DNA from: Candidatus Latescibacterota bacterium | Lineage (GTDB): Bacteria; Latescibacterota; UBA2968; GCA-2709665 | Assembly: GCA_965226795.1 (NCBI GenBank) | Contig: CBDDDZ010000005.1 | Span: forward strand, 2,368,001 to 2,432,000 | Reading direction: 5' to 3' | Length of the DNA: 64,000 bases | Shown here: piece by piece, positions 1 through 8,369 of the stretch | How the letters are laid out: the number at the start of each line of letters is the position of its first letter | Position numbering within the stretch: position 1 is the first letter of the stretch | Made by a program: the position numbers and the translations under genes | The notes under the pieces: model-generated | The model's input: the letters and a program-made list of their open reading frames with translations, nothing else | Told to the model about the DNA's origin: nothing | Database searches by the model: none

Positions 1-225
1 GAGCGTGCCCGGAAAAATATATTCCAGGTAACTCATCGTACCCGCCAGTCCTGCGGGCGCGAAAGACGCATTCATCCCAATGCCCAGCAGCAGCCAGAAC
101 ACGAACGGCTGCAGGATGGCCCCGAACAACCGGTGCCGGTCTCTGGCAAATCGCACGAGTTCCCGCTTCCACAGCGTCGCCGCCGGCAGAAAGAAACTTT
201 CGGCGTGCCTTGCGTCAGCTGGCAT
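1..225 (-). CDS. ABC-2 type transporter permease (5' part only; runs off window)
   Basis: Manual translation MPADARHAESFFLPAATLWKRELVRFARDRHRLFGAILQPFVFWLLLGIG...SYLEYIFPGTL; overlaps the ATPase stop. Confidence 0.85.
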   Translation of the reverse strand, partial: MPADARHAESFFLPAATLWKRELVRFARDRHRLFGAILQPFVFWLLLGIGMNASFAPAGLAGTMSYLEYIFPGTL

Positions 226-1156
226 CCCCACCCTCCACCGTCTCGAACGGACGCCCGGTCTCGCGAATAAACACATCCTCCAACGTGGGCCTTCCCAGTC
301 TGATTGCAGATATCCGTTCCCGGAAACAGGCGTACAGAGAAGCCATCATCGCCTGTCCGTCGTCACACTCAATCCTCACGGTACCGTCCAGAAGTACAGT
401 TGAAACGCTCACTTGCGCTTCAATATCGGCTCTCAATGCCTCCGTATGTTCCGCTTCTATCACCAACACGTCCTTGTTTATCGAACGCTTCAGCACTTCC
501 GGCGCACCCTCCGCGACAAGCCGCCCCCGATCCAGAATGCCCACCCGGTCGCATCGCTCCGCTTCCTCGATGAAATGCGTGGTCAGCAAGACCGTGACAC
601 CCTGTTCCTCGCGAAGCTTCTGCATATCGTCCCACAGCGCCCTCCGGGCGAGCGGATCCAGTCCACTTGAGGGTTCATCGAATAGCAACAGCTCCGGCCC
701 GTGCAACAGCCCCCGTGCCAGATCCACACGTCTCCGAAGTCCGCCGGAAAGCTCCTCGATCCGGTCGTCTCTGCGATCCGTGAGGCGGACCCTCCCGAGA
801 ACCGATTCGATTCGCTCCAGAAGGCTCCGCCCACGCAGGCCATATAGATGGCCCTGGTGACGCAGATTCTCAAGAACCGTGAGCTTGAGGTCCAGACTGG
901 CATGCTGAAACACAACCCCCATGCGCGCCCGTATTCCCGCCGCATCCCGCAGGAGATTTCGGCCCATTATACGTACCGTTCCATCTGTCGGTGTAAGAAG
1001 CGTGCTGAGGATGCGGAACAGGGTCGTCTTCCCGCCGCCGTTCGGGCCGAGCAGGCCGTAGACTTCCCCCTTCTCAACTCGAAGGTCAATACCGTCCAGC
1101 GCTCTCCTTTCTCCGTAACAATGGCGCAACCCGGCGACTGCTATGGCAAGCGACAC
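215..1156 (-). CDS. ABC transporter ATP-binding protein (DrrA/NodI-like)
   Basis: Walker A GPNGGGKTT, signature LSGG, Walker B LLLFDEP, H-loop TTH. Confidence 0.95.
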   Translation of the reverse strand: MSLAIAVAGLRHCYGERRALDGIDLRVEKGEVYGLLGPNGGGKTTLFRILSTLLTPTDGTVRIMGRNLLRDAAGIRARMGVVFQHASLDLKLTVLENLRHQGHLYGLRGRSLLERIESVLGRVRLTDRRDDRIEELSGGLRRRVDLARGLLHGPELLLFDEPSSGLDPLARRALWDDMQKLREEQGVTVLLTTHFIEEAERCDRVGILDRGRLVAEGAPEVLKRSINKDVLVIEAEHTEALRADIEAQVSVSTVLLDGTVRIECDDGQAMMASLYACFRERISAIRLGRPTLEDVFIRETGRPFETVEGGDAS

Positions 1157-1250
1157 AGAGACTCCTTACCGGAAATCGTCATCTTCCGAAAAGAGAAAGG
1201 TGATAGGCTACCCCTATCACCTGAAAATACCTGGTTTGCGGAGCCCGATC

Positions 1251-2156
1251 TCACAACAGGAACCTATCGAACAACAGGGCGATCCAAAGCAGAGGCAAAT
1301 GAATCAGCGTCGTGCGCAACAGCCGCCTCGCGTTTTGCTCGGACCGGGTTCTGGCAAACACAATACCTGAATACAGGAGGCAGAGCCCCGTTGCCGCGGC
1401 CACGGCAATGTAAAGCACACCGCCCAAACCCACCAGCATGGGGAGCATGGAAAAAGCCAGCAGGATTGCGCTGTATATGTTGATCTGCCTGGCCGTCCTC
1501 CGGCCCGCCGGATCGCCTGTCGTAATCATCTTGAATCCGCCGCGGACGTAGTCCGCCCTGTAGATCCAGGCAATAGAGAAAAAGTGCGGGAACTGCCAGA
1601 AAAACAGAATACCGAACAGCAGCCACGCGCCGCCGCCGATCTCCCCCTGCGCCGCGGCCCAGCCGCCCATGGGCGGCAACGCCCCCGCGATGGCGCCGAC
1701 GGTGGTATTGTGCGTCGATTTCCGCTTCAGCGGGGTATACAGGAAAAGATAAATGACCGACGTCAACGCCGCCAGAAAGCCCGCCAACCAGTTAATTTTC
1801 AGCCCCATATAAAGGATGCCGGTTCCGGACAACAGCAGCCCGAAAAGTAAGGCCTCTTCCGGATGCAGGCGGCCGGCGGGCAGGGGCCGGTTCGCGGTCC
1901 GCTTCATCCGGGCATCCATTTTGCGCTCCAGGAACTGATTCAGCACCGCCGAACCACTCGCGACCAGGACCGTTGCCAGCAGCGTATGCAGGAGTGGAAG
2001 GAACTCGAAGACACCGGCCGCGCCCAGAACAAAACCCACCGCTGTGCTCAAAGCGACGAATACGGTGATTTTGGGTTTGGTGAGGGCCACGTAGTCCATC
2101 ACGCGCACCCACGATAGCGCCAGACTCGCTGCCCCGGTCTCAACCTGCGGTTTCAT
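1251..2156 (-). CDS. ctaB: Protoheme IX farnesyltransferase (heme O synthase)
   Basis: LTKPKI, D-x-x-M-x-RT-x-x-RPLP-x-GR, YTPLKR, WQFPHF motifs; GGAGG RBS before ATG 2156. Confidence 0.95.
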   Translation of the reverse strand: MKPQVETGAASLALSWVRVMDYVALTKPKITVFVALSTAVGFVLGAAGVFEFLPLLHTLLATVLVASGSAVLNQFLERKMDARMKRTANRPLPAGRLHPEEALLFGLLLSGTGILYMGLKINWLAGFLAALTSVIYLFLYTPLKRKSTHNTTVGAIAGALPPMGGWAAAQGEIGGGAWLLFGILFFWQFPHFFSIAWIYRADYVRGGFKMITTGDPAGRRTARQINIYSAILLAFSMLPMLVGLGGVLYIAVAAATGLCLLYSGIVFARTRSEQNARRLLRTTLIHLPLLWIALLFDRFLL

Positions 2157-2176
2157 AATAGTAAAACCTCCAACAC

Positions 2177-3181
2177 TCAGCGTGCCGCGCCCGTGAATAC
2201 GATCCCCGTATCTGTAGCAGCATGCATCCGCCATACGCGAAGCGTAAGCACCAGGCTGGAAGCCAGCACCGCCGCACCCGCCACGACGTGTAACGTCGTA
2301 ACCGAGACGTCCTTACCGGTCCAGATCACCAGGGCGCCCAGAGCAAGCTGGACAAACAGCAGCCCCAGTAGCGCCACCGAGGGCCTCGTCAATTCGGGTC
2401 GGGTCTTGTGCGCGCGCAGGACGCGGCAAACACCCCAGATCAGAACACCAGACACAACAACGGCCCAGGCCCTATGGGCAAAGTGAATGGCCACACGCGT
2501 CCGGTACGTATCGATCGAGATGGGAAACGGGTCGGTAGCATCGACCGTCAATTCGGAAAACGGCGGAATCAGACGGCCAAAGGAAAGTGGAAAATCGGGA
2601 ATGGCCAGACCGGACTCGGTATGCCGCATCAGTGCGCCGATTACCAGTTGAACGAAAACCACCGTTGTGCCGGCCGCAGCCAGCCATTTCAGCGGTACAC
2701 CACCCGTCTCCGGTAACGGCTCGTCGGCCGTCCGCCACCCGGCCGACGTAAACAGCGCGATACCAACGGTTAGACAGAAAAAGCCCTGCGCCAGGCAGGC
2801 GTGGCTTACGGAAATCCACGTGGGCAGGAGATACAGCACCGTCAGACCGCCCAGCAGACCCTGCAGGACAATGGAGACCAGGGCCGCCACGCCCAGGGCC
2901 CGCAACCAACGCCGCGCTTCACGACGCCACAACCAGATCGCAAGAACTGTGGTAAGGATCCCCACAAAGGTAGCCACCATCCGGTGTCCGTGTTCGTAGA
3001 AGATCCCGCCGACCATGGGCGGAAAAACCATTCCGTATGAAAGCGGCCAGTCCGGAACCGCCAGCCCTGAACCCGTACTGCTGACCATTGCGCCGGCGAA
3101 AATTAAAAAAAGGGTCGCGCCGGCCGTGAACACTGAAAACCGGTGCAGCCAGCGATACCGCTGCGACATCGTGATATCCAT
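2177..3181 (-). CDS. ctaA: Heme A synthase (COX15/CtaA family)
   Basis: GSGLAVPDWP, EHGHR, HFAHR and further His-bearing TM helices; next to ctaB; start approximate. Confidence 0.9.
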   Translation of the reverse strand: MDITMSQRYRWLHRFSVFTAGATLFLIFAGAMVSSTGSGLAVPDWPLSYGMVFPPMVGGIFYEHGHRMVATFVGILTTVLAIWLWRREARRWLRALGVAALVSIVLQGLLGGLTVLYLLPTWISVSHACLAQGFFCLTVGIALFTSAGWRTADEPLPETGGVPLKWLAAAGTTVVFVQLVIGALMRHTESGLAIPDFPLSFGRLIPPFSELTVDATDPFPISIDTYRTRVAIHFAHRAWAVVVSGVLIWGVCRVLRAHKTRPELTRPSVALLGLLFVQLALGALVIWTGKDVSVTTLHVVAGAAVLASSLVLTLRVWRMHAATDTGIVFTGAAR

Positions 3182-3272
3182 TTCCGTCCGGCTCACCCGC
3201 CAGCCCCGCTTATTCCGCGTCGGCGGCAAGCCACTTGCCGTTTATATCGGGAAAACCGGATCCTCGCCTGGA

Positions 3273-3518
3273 TCAATATTGCACACCTGCGTTCCGGTAG
3301 CGGCGCGCCCGGCCCATCCAGAACACCGTCACGCCCACAATCCCGGCCAGCACGGACACGATGATGCCCATCAGCACCAGAACGCCCGCCGCCGCGCCCT
3401 TTGCCATATCCGATTCCGGATTCCCATAACACACTGCACAGGCCTGCACCATCTCGGGAACCATCACCGCCGCAACCACGGCCGCCGCAACACAGGTCCG
3501 CCTCACAGATAACTCCAT
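3273..3518 (-). CDS. Small membrane protein with signal-like N-terminus and CAVC (CxxC) motif
   Basis: ACAVCYGNPES then one TM helix and a basic tail; overlaps the upstream small gene. Confidence 0.7.
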   Translation of the reverse strand: MELSVRRTCVAAAVVAAVMVPEMVQACAVCYGNPESDMAKGAAAGVLVLMGIIVSVLAGIVGVTVFWMGRARRYRNAGVQY

Positions 3519-3709
3519 CCCTTGAGCTTCTTCAGGAACCACAGGCCGTACCAGACCAGCACGCCGCATCCCGCGAAGGAGCCGACACCCAGTCCGAGAT
3601 TCGTCCCGTTGCCCGTTGCGACATAGTCCTGTATAGCCCAGATGCCAAATCCCAGACAGCAGAGAATGGACACAATCACAAAGACCACGTGGAATGCTTT
3701 CAGAGACAT
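3503..3709 (-). CDS. Small two-TM hypothetical protein (68 aa)
   Basis: MSLKAFHVVFVIVSILCCLGFGIWA...YGLWFLKKLKG; GGAG RBS; inside the cox operon. Confidence 0.7.
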   Translation of the reverse strand: MSLKAFHVVFVIVSILCCLGFGIWAIQDYVATGNGTNLGLGVGSFAGCGVLVWYGLWFLKKLKGWSYL

Positions 3710-3732
3710 CGCGTTCTCCGGTTCAGGAGGAT

Positions 3733-3890
3733 TAGTGTCCCGTCTCAGAAATATGTCACCATTCTTCCGCCGATTCATCCCGTCTCGCTGCGTTCGGCCG
3801 ACCTTGCGCAGGTCGCCTCGCTCAGGCGCCTTGCCAGCCGGGCGACTCGGCGGCCGAATTTCGGCAATCTATTTCCGGGACAGAACACTG
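3733..3890. mobile_element. MITE-like element, copy 1 (imperfect 21-bp terminal inverted repeats)
   Basis: TAGTGTCCCGTCTCAGAAATA (3733-3753) vs reverse complement of 3870-3890, 16/21 match; 3731-3782 matches 34875-34926 inverted at 48/52. Confidence 0.65.
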
Positions 3891-4198
3891 CCCATCAGCT
3901 CACCCACGCCCGAGAATTCGGTAACTACCGGAACCAGCATCAGTACGGCAAAAAACACGACCGTTAGCGCCAGCACCCAGTAGACGATCTGTTTTTCCGA
4001 AACCAGATGCATGAAATACCCGGCAACCAGCCCGCCCTTGATACTGGCGATGAATAGCGCGATCAGGACGGTAGCCGCCACCGACTCGATTTGGAGATAG
4101 GAGACGCCAACCGTCACGACTGTCAGCACGGCCAGAGCGGCAAACACCAGAATGTAAACCCGAACATGCTTTCTGATCTCTTCAGCGCTATCAGCCAT
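3869..4198 (-). CDS. Cytochrome c oxidase subunit IV family protein
   Basis: Three TM helices, YILVFAALAVLT and K-x-x-LV-x-x-YFMHL motifs; follows subunit III. Confidence 0.88.
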   Translation of the reverse strand: MADSAEEIRKHVRVYILVFAALAVLTVVTVGVSYLQIESVAATVLIALFIASIKGGLVAGYFMHLVSEKQIVYWVLALTVVFFAVLMLVPVVTEFSGVGELMGSVLSRK

Positions 4199-4208
4199 AC
4201 CAGGCTCC

Positions 4209-4808
4209 TTACAGCAGGTAGAGAATCGGGAACAGAAAGATCCACACCAGATCCACGAAGTGCCAGTAGAGTCCGGCGCATTCGATCCGGTTGACAAACT
4301 GCTCCGGCGCCGTGTGCCAGAGCTTGCTGCCCGGTAACAGCAGGTAGAGATTCACGACGATGCCACCGATCACGTGCAGTCCATGCAGGCCGGTCATCGT
4401 AAAATACGTGGCGTAAAACATGTTGGTGGACGGATAGATGCCAAGATGAAATTTGTGGGTGTATTCGAAGTACTTAACAACCAGGAACACAAACGCCAGT
4501 AATACCGTCAGGCCCAGATAAAGTTTGAACCTGCCGAAATTGTCCATTTTCAAGGATGCCCAGGACATCACCATGGTTACACTGGAGGCGATGAGAACGA
4601 ACGTATTGAGCGTGGCCATCGGCACGTTCAACAACTCCCAGCCATGCGGCCACGTCGGCGCGCCCACCCTGAGCAGGACCAGCGTTGAAAACAGCGCGCC
4701 AAACAACATCACCTCGGACGCCAGGAACAACCAGATCCCGAACTTCCCGTTATACACCCCCGTTATCGGATGCGGCTCCACCGTGTGGGGAATTTCTTCA
4801 ACGGACAC
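4209..4808 (-). CDS. coxC: Cytochrome c oxidase subunit III (short form)
   Basis: WLFLASEVMLF, TGLHGLHV, YWHFVDLVW. Confidence 0.95.
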   Translation of the reverse strand: MSVEEIPHTVEPHPITGVYNGKFGIWLFLASEVMLFGALFSTLVLLRVGAPTWPHGWELLNVPMATLNTFVLIASSVTMVMSWASLKMDNFGRFKLYLGLTVLLAFVFLVVKYFEYTHKFHLGIYPSTNMFYATYFTMTGLHGLHVIGGIVVNLYLLLPGSKLWHTAPEQFVNRIECAGLYWHFVDLVWIFLFPILYLL

Positions 4809-4873
4809 CGTTTATCTCCTTTGCATTGTCGCGGGCCGACACCTCGGTTCCAACGCCCTCGCGGGCGGCGGTG

Positions 4874-6664
4874 TTAATCGTCGTCCGCGGGCGTGGGCGC
4901 TGGCTCGGGTTGGGCCACCTGCCCGTTTTCAGACGCGTATTGTGGCGTAAAGTCACTTGAGGCCCCGGGCACGCTGTATTCGTACGGCCCGCGGTAGACG
5001 GTGGGCGTAACCGCGAAATTCCCGTGCGGAGGCGGCGTGGGCGTGGCCCACTCCAGGGTCGTGGCCTGCCACGGATTGTCCGACGCCACCTTCCGGCCCT
5101 TCCGTATACTCATAAAGAAATTGACGATAAAGAATATCTGCGCCAGTCCAAGCAGCCATGCAGACCAGGAACTCATGGTTGTCAGGCCCTGCACCTGCGC
5201 CCCGTAAGCGTACTGTGTCTGGTCGTAAAGTCGCCTGGAAACACCGGCCATCCCTACGAACAACATCGGCATGAACACGCCGTTCATAAAGATCAGGCTG
5301 CACCAGAAATGCAGCTTGCCCAGTGCCTCGTTCATCATGCGCCCGGTCACCTTGGGAAACCAGTGATAGACCCCGGCGAACAGCGCGAATATCGTGCCCG
5401 GCGCCACCACATAGTGGAAATGGCCGATCACGTAATACGTGTCGTGCAAATGCAGATCCGCGGCCGTGAGGCCCAGCGGCAGCCCCGTCAACCCCCCGAT
5501 GGCGAACATGGGGATGAATGCCAGGCAGAACAGCATGGGCACCGAAAACCGGATTGACGCGCCGTGCAGGCTCAATGCGAACGCCGTCAGGATAATTACG
5601 GACGGGATGGAGATGATCATGGTCGTGGCCTGGAAGAAGGTACTGATTGTGGTTCCCATCCCCGTCATGAACATGTGATGCGCCCAGACGGTAAACGACA
5701 GGAACCCAAGAGCGATAATCGAGTAGACCAGCGCGCGATACCCCCAGAGCGGCCGGCGGGTATTGTTGGCCACAATCTCGCCGACGATGCCCATCGCCGG
5801 CAGAATCAGTACGTAAACTTCCGGATGCGCAAGGAACCAGAACAGGTGCTGCCACAATAGCGGACTGCCACCGCCGCTCACTTCCAGCGCCTGCCCTGTT
5901 ACGACCAGACCGCTCGGCATGAAGAAGCTGGTACCCCCGATCCGATCCATGAGTTGCAGCACCCCGGCGGCCTCGAGCGGAGGGAACGCCAGCAGCAGCA
6001 GGAACGCCGTCACGAACTGCGCCCAAACAAAAAACGGCAGCCGGAAGAACGACAGCCCCTCGGCCCTCATCTGAACCGTCGTTACGATAAAATTAACCGA
6101 ACCCAGAAGAGACGACGTGATCAGGGCCACCATGCCCCACAACCACCAGGTCTGGCCCGTTGGCGCGATAATGGACAAGGGTGGATAGGACGTCCAGCCG
6201 GACTGAGCCGCGCCCGAGGGAACGAAAAAGCTGGCCAGCATAATGATGCCGCCCACGAAAAATACCCAATAGCTCGCCATGTTGAGCTTGGGAAACGCCA
6301 TATCCGGCGCGCCGATCTGAAGCGGCAGCACGTAGTTCCCGAAACCGCCCACGGCCAGCGGAACCACGCCGAGGAACACCATGATGGTGCCGTGCATGGC
6401 CCCCAGCTGGTTGTAAAACTCGGGCACCATCACGCCTTCCGGCATGTTCACCGCACTGAACAACTTGCCTATCCAGGGCATTGGCTGTCCGGGATACGCC
6501 AACTGCCAACGCATCATCATCATCAGGCAGAAGCCGAAAAAAAGGAAAACCAGGGCGGAGACCGCGTACTGAATCCCAATGACCTTGTGATCTACGGAAA
6601 ACACGTACTTGCGCCAGAACGGCAACTCATGGTGTCCGTGATCACCGTGCGCTTGCTCAGCCAT
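4874..6664 (-). CDS. coxA: Cytochrome c oxidase subunit I, A-family heme-copper oxidase
   Basis: DHKVIG, HGTIM, DMAFPKLN, HPEVY, WAHHM, HDT, HFHY, RR motifs. Confidence 0.98.
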   Translation of the reverse strand: MAEQAHGDHGHHELPFWRKYVFSVDHKVIGIQYAVSALVFLFFGFCLMMMMRWQLAYPGQPMPWIGKLFSAVNMPEGVMVPEFYNQLGAMHGTIMVFLGVVPLAVGGFGNYVLPLQIGAPDMAFPKLNMASYWVFFVGGIIMLASFFVPSGAAQSGWTSYPPLSIIAPTGQTWWLWGMVALITSSLLGSVNFIVTTVQMRAEGLSFFRLPFFVWAQFVTAFLLLLAFPPLEAAGVLQLMDRIGGTSFFMPSGLVVTGQALEVSGGGSPLLWQHLFWFLAHPEVYVLILPAMGIVGEIVANNTRRPLWGYRALVYSIIALGFLSFTVWAHHMFMTGMGTTISTFFQATTMIISIPSVIILTAFALSLHGASIRFSVPMLFCLAFIPMFAIGGLTGLPLGLTAADLHLHDTYYVIGHFHYVVAPGTIFALFAGVYHWFPKVTGRMMNEALGKLHFWCSLIFMNGVFMPMLFVGMAGVSRRLYDQTQYAYGAQVQGLTTMSSWSAWLLGLAQIFFIVNFFMSIRKGRKVASDNPWQATTLEWATPTPPPHGNFAVTPTVYRGPYEYSVPGASSDFTPQYASENGQVAQPEPAPTPADDD

Positions 6665-6676
6665 AAATTAGGCTCC

Positions 6677-7447
6677 TTAAAAGAAAAAATCGTCTTCCTC
6701 ATCCGCGGCGCCGGACTGTTCATCGAACCAGGACCGGAACGCCTCTTCCGACTCCACCGTCAACTGCCCGCGCATGCGATAGTGCCCCAGACCGCACAAT
6801 TGAGCGCACGCGATGTCAAATGTACCGGCCTTTGTTGCCTCGAACCAGATCTTGATGTCCTGACCGGGAATCGCGTCTTGCGTCAATCGCATCACCGGGA
6901 TCTTGAAGCTGTGAATGACATCCTTCGACGAGATATGCGCAATTACGGGCTTGTCCTTCACAATATGCAGGTTGTTGATGGCATTGAAATCGTCCTTGCC
7001 GTTCGGATCGTCCGGATCCAGCCCCAACAGATTGTCGGCGCGCACCAACTGCGGCGCCGTCCGTCCGAAAATTCCGTCTTTCCCTGAATAGTGGATATTC
7101 CATGCAAATTGCTCGGGCACCACCCGCACGACCAGTGCGTCGGATTCGTCGGGAAACGCATGTTTGAAATCCGCCCAGAGCGGCATGGAGAGTCCGATAA
7201 GCAGCACGGCCTCGACGACGATTACGCCGACCTCCACGTATTTGGCGAGTTTCCCCTTCACGGGATGATAGGTCGCCGAAGGGTGTGTCCTCCTCCGATA
7301 ACGGATAAGGCAATAGACGAAGAAGACCCCCCAACCCAGAAACAGCGCCACCATAAAGACATGCAGCCAATTGATCAGCCAATCCACGGTCGCCCCGTGG
7401 GTTGAGATATCAATTGGCAGCCAGTAACCGTACACCTTTTCTTGCAT
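6677..7447 (-). CDS. coxB: Cytochrome c oxidase subunit II (CuA; no fused cytochrome c)
   Basis: Two TM helices, DVIHSF and CAQLCGLGHYRM CuA ligands. Confidence 0.95.
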   Translation of the reverse strand: MQEKVYGYWLPIDISTHGATVDWLINWLHVFMVALFLGWGVFFVYCLIRYRRRTHPSATYHPVKGKLAKYVEVGVIVVEAVLLIGLSMPLWADFKHAFPDESDALVVRVVPEQFAWNIHYSGKDGIFGRTAPQLVRADNLLGLDPDDPNGKDDFNAINNLHIVKDKPVIAHISSKDVIHSFKIPVMRLTQDAIPGQDIKIWFEATKAGTFDIACAQLCGLGHYRMRGQLTVESEEAFRSWFDEQSGAADEEDDFFF

Positions 7448-7519
7448 TCGGGACCCCTCCCGTATTGTCGCTGGGCGGACCGGATAATCCGACCGCGCTG
7501 TCACTCCGACGATGTGTGC

Positions 7520-8269
7520 CTATTTTCTTGGCTTTCTCGGCTTGATTTTGAACATGAAATCCAGGGTTTTGGACTCGCCTTCGGCGACCGTGATCTCCTC
7601 GGTCATCGTGCCAAGCCGCTCGCTTTCGTGCCACGCCTCGACAGTATATGTGCCCGCGGGCAACCCCGAGATGTCGAATTTGCCGCCCTCTCCGCTGACA
7701 GCGAAGAACGGATGTTCCATCACACCTATATAGGACTGCATCCAGGGATGTACGTCGCATTTGACCGGTATCATTACCTCGGGATTCGCGAACGAAATCG
7801 TGGTCTTTTTCAAAAATTTCGGCATCGCTCTATTGACTTCGGCGGAGTTCTGCGGCTTCGGATGGATGTTGTGGAGAGTCCCGTCGCTGTTCAACACCGT
7901 AATCGACTGTCCTGCCATAACGCCCAGGACGTGGGGTTTGTATACGCAACCGTGCTGATCCAGGACGGCGCCCTCGGAGGGCGTGTCGAACTTCGTGCCC
8001 TCCAACCCCTTCTTGACGTAAACAAACACGTTGTGCAGACCACCGTCGTCCTCGACCACAACGACCTCGCTAAATGCCGGCCCGTCGGCGTGTTTTCCCG
8101 CGCAGACCGGATCGGCCGCCATCTGTATTTTCTTGCGGCCCGGCTTCTTGCCGCCCGGAAACTCCAGTTTGATGGTTCCGGAAACCGTCGCGCCCGCCAA
8201 CGCGTCGCCAGACGCGAAACAGGCGAAACCCAGCGTAATGAGCGTTGCGACAATCCCACGTTGTTTCAT
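7520..8269 (-). CDS. Exported cupredoxin-like / carboxypeptidase-regulatory-like domain protein
   Basis: Signal peptide; HNIH...CDVHPWM (type-1 Cu-like H/C/H/M); C-terminal GLPAGTYTVEAWHE beta-sandwich. Confidence 0.75.
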   Translation of the reverse strand: MKQRGIVATLITLGFACFASGDALAGATVSGTIKLEFPGGKKPGRKKIQMAADPVCAGKHADGPAFSEVVVVEDDGGLHNVFVYVKKGLEGTKFDTPSEGAVLDQHGCVYKPHVLGVMAGQSITVLNSDGTLHNIHPKPQNSAEVNRAMPKFLKKTTISFANPEVMIPVKCDVHPWMQSYIGVMEHPFFAVSGEGGKFDISGLPAGTYTVEAWHESERLGTMTEEITVAEGESKTLDFMFKIKPRKPRK

Positions 8270-8369
8270 TGTTATATCCCCTCTCTTCCGTTATCGATTG
8301 ATACTACGCCCGACGCGCCGGCGGCCATTCCCTCTCTGTTTTCAATACTGTAGAAACCCGAAGTTCCAA

